24,000 bases of DNA from Prochlorococcus sp. AG-418-I20. GTDB taxonomy: Bacteria; Cyanobacteriota; Cyanobacteriia; PCC-6307; Cyanobiaceae. The DNA lies in assembly GCA_003214175.1 (NCBI GenBank), contig QCLZ01000003.1, positions 1 through 24,000 of the forward strand, in the 5' to 3' direction. The position numbers and the translations under genes are program-made. The notes beneath the pieces are model-generated. The model saw only the letters and a program-made list of their open reading frames with translations. It was not told where the DNA came from and made no database searches. Below, piece after piece: positions 15,996 through 23,289 of the stretch (position 1 is the stretch's first letter; every line of letters starts with the position of its first letter).

Positions 15996-16037
15996 TTGAC
16001 AGTCGATCTAACATGGAGGGATAAAACCTTTTTTTTT
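15996..16037 (+). promoter_or_regulatory. island leader element copy P6 (TTGACAGTCGATC + TAACAT + GGAGGG-ataaaa-CC + T-run)
   Basis: The right arm of the hairpin has partly decayed into the T-run. An ATG follows at 16038. Confidence 0.7.
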
Positions 16038-16343
16038 ATGTCTTGCTCTGTTACCTCTGTGTTTACTTTTAAGATTGAAAGTACTTTCGATGAATGGTCT
16101 GCAATATTTGATAGTGCAGAAGCTGATAAAAGGCATTCTGAATTTGAAATTAAGCCTTTATTTAGAGGAGTAAGTAAAGAAGATCCTCAAAAAGTTATTG
16201 TTATTCATCAAGCTCCAGAAGGTAATGTTCAAAAGTTTGTGGAAGCAAACGGTGACTGGATGGCAACCCATAGAGTTGACTTATCAACGATGGAGGAAAC
16301 GTCTTGGACTGCTTCATTAAGAAAAGATAGTTGTTGTGATTAA
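16038..16343 (+). CDS. hypothetical cytoplasmic protein, 101 aa
   Basis: Start moved to the ATG at 16038, because the ORF-track TTG at 15996 is the TTGACA of the leader element. Confidence 0.65.
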   Translation: MSCSVTSVFTFKIESTFDEWSAIFDSAEADKRHSEFEIKPLFRGVSKEDPQKVIVIHQAPEGNVQKFVEANGDWMATHRVDLSTMEETSWTASLRKDSCCD

Positions 16344-16346
16344 CAA

Positions 16347-16859
16347 GTGAAACGCTTACTACTTACACTTCTAGCTGCTATCTCCTTACCTAATCCTATT
16401 AATGCAGAAGAATTACCAAAAAGACTTTATGGTTCATGGCAATTTACTTCAACAGCTGGTGAAGCTGTAATTGGAGAACTCACAATCACTAAAGAGTATG
16501 TAGCGTATGGATCATCTCTTAATGGAGTTTGTAGTGACTCATACAAGGTTAAAAGATTAAAAGATGATAATGACTATCCTAATAATATGGTTGAAGATAC
16601 AAGAGGTTATATCTCCTATAGGACCTATAGATTAATTCTTGATAATCCTGAGAATTGTGTCCATAAAGATGATACGCTCCAAATATCTTTTGAACAGATT
16701 CCAATAGGATCCTTTAAAAATATTTATCCTGATGAACCGAAGTTTATTAATAAAATTGCCTTGGTTACTTATATTGATGGGAGAGTAACTGGTTGGTTTT
16801 CAAATGGATTTAAACTAACGGAATATATTAGAAAACCTTGGTCATGGGGAGAATTATGA
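16347..16859 (+). CDS. secreted hypothetical protein, 170 aa (GTG start)
   Basis: Signal peptide (M)KRLLLTLLAAISLPNPINA|EE, belonging to the conserved signal-peptide family. Confidence 0.7.
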   Translation: MKRLLLTLLAAISLPNPINAEELPKRLYGSWQFTSTAGEAVIGELTITKEYVAYGSSLNGVCSDSYKVKRLKDDNDYPNNMVEDTRGYISYRTYRLILDNPENCVHKDDTLQISFEQIPIGSFKNIYPDEPKFINKIALVTYIDGRVTGWFSNGFKLTEYIRKPWSWGEL

Positions 16860-17788
16860 TCATAAATGAGTATCGTCCACTAAATAATAAGTTTAGACTC
16901 TTCGGATATATAGTTTCCCTGATTGGAATATTTAAAATAACAATTCCTCAAAATCAATGGCTTCTTATTCCAGTCCTTATTCAGAATTTCTACACTCTTA
17001 GAGCTCTGCAAAATGGACCTCATAAAGATATTTTCTCTGAATTCAAAAGAGATATTAGTCCTCTAAGAGATCTTTTAAGAATTCTTATAGTTGGATTAGT
17101 CGGATTTCTATATTTTATGAATGTCGGAGCAGGCTTTGTAGAAATTATTTATTCATTAACGCAAGAAAGATTTACAGTTGGTTTATTATTAACACTATCT
17201 ATGGGAAGCACTCTTTATTTAGTAGGAGTAACCTTTAATCCTGATTTCGGAAGTAATTACAAGCAAAAAAATTCAAATCTAAAAAAAGATAAAAACCTTA
17301 TAGATATTCCAGTTAATTCGGCAAAAAATAATGTAGATTCTTTTACAAATAGGCTTCCAGAAAAAGAAACGATAGAAAGATTAGGAAATATTTTTAACCT
17401 TACAGTTACTGCATCAGAAAAAATCTATCAAGATGCAAAAAAGATTTCAAAGAATAGAGGTAAATCCATTCCTGATTTAGAGGATTTAAATAAAATACTC
17501 TCAGAATCTTCGCTGCAAAGATTAACGTTCAATGCAATGGGTGGTCTCTCAATAGATTATGAATATAAAGAACCTAAGCAATCAAAAAGAAAAGATCTTT
17601 TAAAAGAAAAAGGAGAAATAATAAAAGATTCTAAAAAAATTGTTCCCAAGAAAATTTCTAATTTGAAGGGAAATAATGATCTTTCAAATCTTTCTGGAGA
17701 AATTGAAAAACTTGCTGCATTAAAAGAAAAAGGTATTCTTACTGATGAAGAATTTAGTGCCGCTAAGGCTAAAATTTTAAATTCTTGA
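16856..17788 (+). CDS. multi-pass membrane protein with C-terminal SHOCT domain, 310 aa
   Basis: The ATG overlaps the upstream stop codon (ATGA). The C-terminus LSGEIEKLAALKEKGILTDEEFSAAKAKIL matches the SHOCT pattern. Confidence 0.7.
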   Translation: MIINEYRPLNNKFRLFGYIVSLIGIFKITIPQNQWLLIPVLIQNFYTLRALQNGPHKDIFSEFKRDISPLRDLLRILIVGLVGFLYFMNVGAGFVEIIYSLTQERFTVGLLLTLSMGSTLYLVGVTFNPDFGSNYKQKNSNLKKDKNLIDIPVNSAKNNVDSFTNRLPEKETIERLGNIFNLTVTASEKIYQDAKKISKNRGKSIPDLEDLNKILSESSLQRLTFNAMGGLSIDYEYKEPKQSKRKDLLKEKGEIIKDSKKIVPKKISNLKGNNDLSNLSGEIEKLAALKEKGILTDEEFSAAKAKILNS

Positions 17789-17803
17789 AACTCTGACTAC
17801 CTT

Positions 17804-17848
17804 GATTGACAGTCGATCTAAAATTGAAGGGATAAAACCCTCTTTTTT
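17804..17848 (+). promoter_or_regulatory. island leader element copy P7 (GATTGACAGTCGATC + TAAAAT + GAAGGG-ataaaa-CCCTCT + T-run)
   Basis: Canonical copy. The ATG at 17849 abuts the T-run. Confidence 0.75.
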
Positions 17849-18151
17849 ATGCCATACGATAAAGACGGAGAATATTATAGGAAGGCTGTAGTACCTCAAA
17901 AAAAAGAGGATTCTGTAGATAATTTTATAAAAAAATCAAAAAAGCAAGCTAATATTCTAGCCATTCTAATTTTAGCAGGAATTGCAGGTGGTCTCGGAGC
18001 TATTATTTTCTGGCCTAAGAAAGAACTTCCAAAACCTAATATGAATTTACAAGGAGCAGAAAGATATTATGATCTGTGCCTGCAGTTGCGAAATTATCAA
18101 GGTATATCAAAAGAAGGATGTGAGACTATTCTTGAAAATCCTGATTTATAA
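17849..18151 (+). CDS. single-pass membrane protein, 100 aa
   Basis: ATG ORF with a central TM helix ILAILILAGIAGGLGAIIFW. Confidence 0.65.
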   Translation: MPYDKDGEYYRKAVVPQKKEDSVDNFIKKSKKQANILAILILAGIAGGLGAIIFWPKKELPKPNMNLQGAERYYDLCLQLRNYQGISKEGCETILENPDL

Positions 18152-18155
18152 ACTA

Positions 18156-18446
18156 ATGAAACGCTTACTACTCCCACTACTAGCTGCAATCGTTTTACCC
18201 ACTGCTGTTAATGCTGAAAGTTACGATGCTTCTGTTGCCAAAAATCAATGGCCTAAAATGCAAAAATTGCTCGATAATGCAGAAGGTTTTCTGGATATTG
18301 GAGACATGAATGCAGCCTGTAGCAAATTAAGAGAATATGACCTTTTACTAGGAATGAATTTTGAGGGATTACAAGAGCTCTATCCAAGTACTGATTGGTT
18401 TAAAATAAAGAAGCATTCAAACGAAATAATTAAAGATTTTTGTTAA
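18156..18446 (+). CDS. secreted hypothetical protein, 96 aa
   Basis: The ATG at 18156 gives MKRLLLPLLAAIVLPTAVNA|ES. The ORF-track start at 18069 overlaps the previous gene. Confidence 0.7.
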   Translation: MKRLLLPLLAAIVLPTAVNAESYDASVAKNQWPKMQKLLDNAEGFLDIGDMNAACSKLREYDLLLGMNFEGLQELYPSTDWFKIKKHSNEIIKDFC

Positions 18447-18488
18447 AACAAATTAAACGCATAATACTTGCCCCGCTATATTAATTAC

Positions 18489-18533
18489 GATTGACAGTCG
18501 ATCTAATATAGAGGGATCAAACCCTCTTTTTTT
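18489..18533 (+). promoter_or_regulatory. island leader element copy P8 (GATTGACAGTCGATC + TAATAT + AGAGGG-atcaaa-CCCTCT + T-run)
   Basis: Canonical copy. The ATG at 18534 abuts the T-run. Confidence 0.75.
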
Positions 18534-18893
18534 ATGCGTAAATCATTAGTAACTTTATTAGCTGCATTTACTTTACCCACTGCTGTTAATGCCTCTGTTC
18601 CTTTCCTTTATGTAAATGGTGGAACCATGGGCGATTATGAAAGTGTGAATGAATGCTTAAACATAGCAATGAGAGAAATGAAAATGGCAGGATTTACAAA
18701 AATTGTTAAATCTGGTCTTGACAAAAAAAACAAAAAACAGGCTACTATTATTGCCGATCATTCATGGAGACCAGCCACAATAACTTATAGATGTTTTGAA
18801 GATCTAAAGGTATATTCGTGGGGAGTTTCAGCAATAGTTAATGATGATGCTTACGAAACTTATATTGATATGAATAATGCCTTTGGTAAATGA
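18534..18893 (+). CDS. secreted hypothetical protein, 119 aa
   Basis: Signal peptide MRKSLVTLLAAFTLPTAVNA|SV. Confidence 0.7.
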   Translation: MRKSLVTLLAAFTLPTAVNASVPFLYVNGGTMGDYESVNECLNIAMREMKMAGFTKIVKSGLDKKNKKQATIIADHSWRPATITYRCFEDLKVYSWGVSAIVNDDAYETYIDMNNAFGK

Positions 18894-19264
18894 AACGCTT
18901 ACTAATCCCACTACTAGCTGCCCTCGCTTTACCTACGGCTGTTAATGCTGAAACTTGGGTACAAGCAGCAAGTTTGATGCATGATGATGCTAAACCAGGC
19001 ACACTGGGATATTTTTTATGTAAGGAAAATAATGATTGTGGAATGGGATTGTTTGTTGATGTCAAATCTATAGTTAAAAGAGGTGATTTTGTTTACTTCA
19101 ATTTCGATACAAAACCTTTAAACAAATATGCTGTTCCAAAAGATAGAGAATTTGAAGCTGTAGGGTGGACTGCTGATTGCAAAAAAAAACTATTGGGACC
19201 AAATTTAAAAATGAGGCCGGCTTCAGAAAGGGAAATAAAGTTATTAAAACTTGTTTGTGATTAA
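18890..19264 (+). CDS. secreted hypothetical protein, 124 aa
   Basis: The ATG overlaps the upstream stop codon (ATGA). Signal peptide MKRLLIPLLAALALPTAVNA|ET. Confidence 0.7.
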   Translation: MKRLLIPLLAALALPTAVNAETWVQAASLMHDDAKPGTLGYFLCKENNDCGMGLFVDVKSIVKRGDFVYFNFDTKPLNKYAVPKDREFEAVGWTADCKKKLLGPNLKMRPASEREIKLLKLVCD

Positions 19265-19316
19265 GATTATTTAGTGAAAAAATAATGATATTCCCTGCGA
19301 TAAAGCCACTAGTAAA

Positions 19317-19349
19317 ATGAAACGCTTACTTACACCTCTTGAATTATGA
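19317..19349 (+). pseudogene. truncated signal-peptide remnant (MKRLLTPLEL*)
   Basis: The first 15 nt, ATGAAACGCTTACTT, follow the family 5' end. The frame stops after 10 codons. Confidence 0.45.
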
Positions 19350-19438
19350 ATAACGATTTTTAAAAAGGATTCTTAACTGGTTCAGGTGGATTATTAGGAG
19401 TTCTATCCATACCAGTTGGGATTTATCTCATATATTTT

Positions 19439-19672
19439 TTGATTAAGCTCTTATTCGTCCCAACAACAAACTTGTTATTAAGAAAAACGGAATATTTGAA
19501 TTGGAAAGATTGCCTTAAGGAGACACAAGCAGAAAGAAGTTACCAACCTATTAAAAGGGGGTATAGAGATAATAATATCTCTGCAGTTGTTCAACTACAA
19601 AAGGAGTATTGCGGGAGAAGACCAAATGAATGGAAGTGGCAATTAGAGACATACTACAAACCATCAAAATAA
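19439..19672 (+). CDS. hypothetical protein, 77 aa, possibly 5'-truncated
   Basis: TTG start. The frame stays open upstream through a TM-like stretch (GSGGLLGVLSIPVGIYLIYF) without any start codon. Confidence 0.35.
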   Translation: MIKLLFVPTTNLLLRKTEYLNWKDCLKETQAERSYQPIKRGYRDNNISAVVQLQKEYCGRRPNEWKWQLETYYKPSK

Positions 19673-19760
19673 TGGAATTGGGAATAGGTTCTTTTTAGAC
19701 AATTTAATGTGGGTCATCTGAAAGCACGATCATTTTGGAAGAATACTATTAGATGGTATT

Positions 19761-19808
19761 TAGCGATTAAGCCTACTAGGTATATCAAAGCTATACAAAT
19801 AATCGCTA
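19761..19808 (+). repeat. 48-bp perfect direct repeat, copy 1 (flanks the protease cassette)
   Basis: TAGCGATTAAGCCTACTAGGTATATCAAAGCTATACAAATAATCGCTA, identical to 20825-20872. Confidence 0.9.
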
Positions 19809-19822
19809 AATAATAGCTAGAG
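19801..19822. repeat. segment-private tandem repeat AATCGCTAAAT|AATAGCTAGAG
   Basis: Partner of 20865-20886. It is followed by the half-core GACCTAGTGT at 19826-19835. Confidence 0.65.
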
Positions 19823-19933
19823 GTAGACCTAGTGTCTTTAATGGGGTTTTATGTAATTTATGACTTAGTAAAAATGAAAACTATAATTTGATAATATTTT
19901 AAAAAACGAACTAAACTAACTAAAGCTTTTATC

Positions 19934-20827
19934 TTGGTTTTGAAAATCAAAAACTATCTAATATTTTTTTCTCTGATTGGTTTACTTTTGACGTTTAAAA
20001 TTAATTATTTTGGAAAAAATTCAATTTATTTTATGCCTAAAGAGTATAAAACTATAAAAAAATTAGTGGATAAAATAGCATCTAAAAATTACTTGGGCGA
20101 TAAAGAAATCCCTTTTTTTATTGGAAGTGGAAGGTATATGGAAATAAGGGCAAAAGAATTAGGTTTATGTGAAGAGGATGATTGCTGGTATTACAATAAT
20201 TTAAGTCCATATAAGAATTATAAAAATGTTGAGGGAATAAATCTTAATGAGCTTATAAAACAATCATATTTGTTCAATGGAATTGAAGCCTATGCTTGGA
20301 GAGGGATAGTTTGGTTAAGTCAATCTACTTTTCGAACTTATGGAAAAGATAAAAAATTTCTAAACTGTACTATTGGTCATGAATTATCTCATGTGATTTT
20401 TGATGATCATATTGAGCAGAGTATTAAACTATCAAATTCTTTAAAAGAAATAGAGAATCAAAATAAAAAAGATTCAAGCAGTAAAACACAAAAAGAAGTA
20501 AAAGAAAATATAAGACTAAAATTAAGTAGAGAATCTGAAAAGATAGCTGATATTAATGCCGCAAAAATGATTATTAATGCAGGATATCCTAAAGAAACTT
20601 GTATAGATGAATTAATCTTCCTCACTCAATCATCAAAGTTAGATGCTGATACTGAAACTGATTCAACTCATCCAGGTTTTATTGAGCGCATTGCCTCACT
20701 TGAAGAATTCATAGATAAATATGATCTAAATAAAGAGATTACAGAATTTAAGCCTTACAAGTGGACATGGAGTTATGACAGTACCTCTAAATTATTAAAG
20801 TTTAAACCTGAACCTAGCGATAACTAG
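19934..20827 (+). CDS. HExxH zinc metallopeptidase, M48-like, 297 aa
   Basis: N-terminal TM helix, GHELSH, and a downstream ESEKIADINAAKMI motif (E-x-x-AD with third-ligand spacing) as in M48 peptidases. The start codon is TTG. Confidence 0.7.
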   Translation: MVLKIKNYLIFFSLIGLLLTFKINYFGKNSIYFMPKEYKTIKKLVDKIASKNYLGDKEIPFFIGSGRYMEIRAKELGLCEEDDCWYYNNLSPYKNYKNVEGINLNELIKQSYLFNGIEAYAWRGIVWLSQSTFRTYGKDKKFLNCTIGHELSHVIFDDHIEQSIKLSNSLKEIENQNKKDSSSKTQKEVKENIRLKLSRESEKIADINAAKMIINAGYPKETCIDELIFLTQSSKLDADTETDSTHPGFIERIASLEEFIDKYDLNKEITEFKPYKWTWSYDSTSKLLKFKPEPSDN

Positions 20828-20872
20828 CGATTAAGCCTACTAGGTATATCAAAGCTATACAAATAATCGCTA
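20825..20872 (+). repeat. 48-bp perfect direct repeat, copy 2
   Basis: Identical to 19761-19808. It begins at the stop codon of the protease gene. Confidence 0.9.
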
Positions 20873-20886
20873 TTTAATCGCTATTT
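20865..20886. repeat. segment-private tandem repeat AATCGCTATTT x2
   Basis: Perfect 11-bp tandem and partner of 19801-19822. It is followed by the tRNA flank and fragment g. Confidence 0.8.
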
Positions 20887-20958
20887 GAGTTTTTAAGACA
20901 AATGAGAAATAAAAAAGGCAACCTTGGGATGGCTTCCTATGACTTGGTTTTGATTGAG

Positions 20959-21008
20959 TCGGGGCGACAGGATTCGAACCTGCGACCTAGTGCTCCCAAA
21001 GCACCCGC
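20959..21008 (-). repeat. partial tRNA-Pro(UGG) 3' segment, copy g (long form)
   Basis: TCGGGGCGACAGGATTCGAACCTGCGACCTAGTGCTCCCAAAGCACCCGC. Confidence 0.9.
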
Positions 21009-21092
21009 AAGATTAAAACTATAATTGAGACTTAAAGCTTTATCAGGCTTTTAGAGAAAAAAGTTTGGACTTATTCGGACTTATATGTTCGA

Positions 21093-21113
21093 TTTTGGGC
21101 ACTTTTTGGGCAC
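21093..21113. repeat. segment-private tandem repeat TTTTGGGCAC|TTTTTGGGCAC
   Basis: Partner TATGGGCAC|TTTTTGGGCAC lies at 22351-22370. A second tandem TTTGGACTTAT|TCGGACTTAT lies at 21064-21084. Confidence 0.8.
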
Positions 21114-21133
21114 ATAATTTAAGAAGTTATTAA

Positions 21134-21175
21134 TTGACAGTCGATCAAAAATAAGGGGCAATTCGCTCCTTTTTT
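21134..21175 (+). promoter_or_regulatory. island leader element copy P9 (TTGACAGTCGATC + AAAAAT + AGGGGC-aattc-GCTCCT + T-run)
   Basis: Both arms of the hairpin differ from consensus but still pair. It faces the 3' end of the convergent gene 21209-21586. Confidence 0.6.
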
Positions 21176-21208
21176 GGTGAATAGATTTTTAATTTAAGTG
21201 AATATGGG

Positions 21209-21586
21209 TTATTTCCATAAAGAAAGTCCCAAACGAATATATGGCTTAAGCTGCCAACCCCAAAAACCAAAACCAAATACTAAGAATTGAGGAAATATAC
21301 GAATTATCAATAAAATAATGCCACCTCTTCCTCTTGCTTTTGAAGAAATATTACTTATTTCATTTGAATCAAATATTGGAGGTTCATAAGTGCCCCATAA
21401 ATGGAAACCTTGCAAAACCATTATCAAACAAGAAAAGGCACCGATAATTGAGATTAATAATAGAGCTTTAGCTTTTATAGATCCTTTTTTTATAGATCCT
21501 TTTTCCATTTCTGGATCAAAAGCTCCGCAAACAATTAAAGATAGAAACCCTATTAGAGCAAACCATGCTGCAGTTGATCCGTTCAT
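21209..21586 (-). CDS. multi-pass membrane protein, 125 aa
   Basis: ATG ORF with several TM helices. It contains an in-frame 15-bp tandem duplication (KKGSI KKGSI). Confidence 0.6.
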   Translation of the reverse strand: MNGSTAAWFALIGFLSLIVCGAFDPEMEKGSIKKGSIKAKALLLISIIGAFSCLIMVLQGFHLWGTYEPPIFDSNEISNISSKARGRGGIILLIIRIFPQFLVFGFGFWGWQLKPYIRLGLSLWK

Positions 21587-21673
21587 GAATTAAGAAATAG
21601 TTATTAAGTAAAATAATCCCAATAAAGAATTTCAAATCTATAAATTTATAAATTAAGATAATTTATTTTTCAC

Positions 21674-22258
21674 TTATAAATTAATGTTATTTCTTTCCTT
21701 TTCTAACATTTTTATTAGGTATTCATATGCTTCATTAACTAGCTTAAATTCCTCTTCTGCATTTTTATCATTTTTATTTAGATCAGGATGCCATTGTCTA
21801 GCTTCTTTGCGATAAGCCTTCTTAAGCTCAGATTCATCAAAATCTTCTGAAAGATCAAAGAAGGAAATATAATCTAAATCTTCAAGACTTCTTTGCGGCC
21901 TATTTCTAATTTTATCTTGTTCATCCTTTTTCTCTTTAACCTCCTTTTTTTTAAATTTACTTTCATCTACAACATAATTTTCTTTTATAGTGATTTTTAG
22001 TTTTTTTATTGATTCTCTTAATTTTATATTCTCATAACCAACAAAAAATATTACGCCTACAAGTAAAAATTGCCCAAATTGAAGGATTGGATCTAATCTC
22101 CATCCTTGATAAAAAAGAATTAAACCGCATACCCAAAAAATTGGAACAAGAAATGGGTCATATTTAGTAGATATTGATTTCTTAAAGAAAGGAACAAAAC
22201 CAGCCAATATCAAGGCGATACCGACTATGCTGGCCCAATTTAATGAAGCGTTAAACAT
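21674..22258 (-). CDS. membrane-anchored J-domain (DnaJ-like) protein, 194 aa
   Basis: N-terminal TM helices. The C-terminal J domain reads [38 protein letters not shown] and carries the HPD motif. Confidence 0.85.
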   Translation of the reverse strand: MFNASLNWASIVGIALILAGFVPFFKKSISTKYDPFLVPIFWVCGLILFYQGWRLDPILQFGQFLLVGVIFFVGYENIKLRESIKKLKITIKENYVVDESKFKKKEVKEKKDEQDKIRNRPQRSLEDLDYISFFDLSEDFDESELKKAYRKEARQWHPDLNKNDKNAEEEFKLVNEAYEYLIKMLEKERNNINL

Positions 22259-22350
22259 ATATATATAACCCTCTAGAGAATAAGTTAAAAGTTATTTAAT
22301 TAAGGATAAATATAGAACTTATAGAAATCAATATTTTGAAAATAAATTAT

Positions 22351-22370
22351 TATGGGCACTTTTTGGGCAC
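22351..22370. repeat. segment-private tandem repeat TATGGGCAC|TTTTTGGGCAC
   Basis: Partner of 21093-21113. Confidence 0.8.
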
Positions 22371-22422
22371 TCTACTCTTTAGGTTAAATATATTATTGGC
22401 TGAGACTTACTGCTATAACTGA

Positions 22423-22472
22423 TCGGGGCGACAGGATTCGAACCTGCGACCTAGTGCTCCCAAAGCACCCGC
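22423..22472 (-). repeat. partial tRNA-Pro(UGG) 3' segment, copy h (long form)
   Basis: TCGGGGCGACAGGATTCGAACCTGCGACCTAGTGCTCCCAAAGCACCCGC. The left flank GAGACTTACTGCTATAACTGA is shared with copy a. Confidence 0.9.
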
Positions 22473-22596
22473 CCTCCAATTTGAGACAGTTACCTAAATA
22501 AACAAGTCAGGCTATTGCATGTTAGTTGCAATATCAGAGGAGTTGTGAGTCTCAAAAAGAGGTCAAAGGTATACAAAATTATCCATAAATATACAA

Positions 22597-22618
22597 TTCC
22601 TCGCCCGTTTGTCGCCCG
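22597..22618. repeat. segment-private tandem repeat TTCCTCGCCCG|TTTGTCGCCCG
   Basis: Partner ATCCTCGCCC|ATTCCTCGCCC lies at 23494-23514. It is followed by the half-core GACCTAGTAC at 22624-22633. Confidence 0.75.
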
Positions 22619-22659
22619 CCTCCGACCTAGTACTTTTATTCAAAGAGTAGAATATTATT

Positions 22660-22695
22660 GATTGACAGTCGATCTAAAATAAGAGAAAACAATAT
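22660..22695 (+). promoter_or_regulatory. island leader element copy P10 (GATTGACAGTCGATC + TAAAAT, no hairpin)
   Basis: The palindrome and TANNNT box are intact and the hairpin is absent. The ATG at 22696 lies 15 nt after the box. Confidence 0.65.
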
Positions 22696-22860
22696 ATGTT
22701 TAATCCTGATTACAAAGTTAACCCAAACGCAAAAGAGGAATTTACAGCTAAACTTTTCGATATGATTAGAGCTTATGAAGAGGATATACCTAGACTTGAG
22801 ATAGCAAAGGCACTACGTAATTTCGCAAAAATGTTGGAAAAAATAGAGGAAGGGAATTGA
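22696..22860 (+). CDS. hypothetical helical protein, 54 aa
   Basis: Hand-found ATG..TGA ORF (MFNPDYKVNPNAKEEFTAKLFDMIRAYEEDIPRLEIAKALRNFAKMLEKIEEGN), directly downstream of P10. Confidence 0.5.
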   Translation: MFNPDYKVNPNAKEEFTAKLFDMIRAYEEDIPRLEIAKALRNFAKMLEKIEEGN

Positions 22861-23087
22861 CTTTTTATCCTAAATTATCTAAAAACCTTACTCCAAAGGA
22901 TTTAAAACTTTTTTTTAAAAGTATATTTTTTCTAATATCAATAATATCAATAATATCTATTGGTATTGGAACAATATTTTTTATATATTTAAATGTTCAA
23001 TGCGAAGAAGTTTTTTTAAGAGGTCAAAATACTTTCATTTGTGGAGAGGATAGAGAAAAATTAAAAAAGAATAATTACAACTTTTAA
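22857..23087 (+). CDS. single-TM protein, 76 aa (TTG start overlapping upstream stop)
   Basis: TTGA start/stop overlap with 22696-22860. TM helix FFLISIISIISIGIGTIFFIY. Confidence 0.45.
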   Translation: MTFYPKLSKNLTPKDLKLFFKSIFFLISIISIISIGIGTIFFIYLNVQCEEVFLRGQNTFICGEDREKLKKNNYNF

Positions 23088-23118
23088 TGTATGTTTTTTA
23101 TAAGTTTAAAAAGCTAAC

Positions 23119-23289
23119 CTATTTAATAAATAGAGGTGTCATGAAAAAAGATATGATTCCAGTCGATATAAAGTAAGCGTTATTAAATTCCTTTTTACAT
23201 CCGCAATCTTTAAAGAGGAGAACACCTTGAATTGCTCCAATAATATAAACAACAATAAAGCTTATAACCCAAGCAGACAAACTATTCAT
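23119..23289 (-). CDS. two-TM peptide, 56 aa
   Basis: Hand-found ATG..TAG ORF (MNSLSAWVISFIVVYIIGAIQGVLLFKDCGCKKEFNNAYFISTGIISFFMTPLFIK). Confidence 0.4.
   Translation of the reverse strand: MNSLSAWVISFIVVYIIGAIQGVLLFKDCGCKKEFNNAYFISTGIISFFMTPLFIK

Noticed and set aside
15996-18155. ORF-track N-terminal extensions (starts at 15996, 18069, 5860, 9845, 8401, 12136, 16838)
   Set aside because: The extended starts are TTG or GTG codons lying inside leader elements or overlapping the upstream gene. Internal ATG or GTG starts give clean signal peptides, RNP2 motifs or ATGA coupling, so I re-set the starts.
19711-19735. GAAAGCACGATCA as a highly decayed tRNA fragment marking the boundary between the secreted-protein run and the protease cassette
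   Set aside because: Only about 12 nt resemble the end of fragment a (AAAGCACTCGATCA). That is too short to distinguish from chance.
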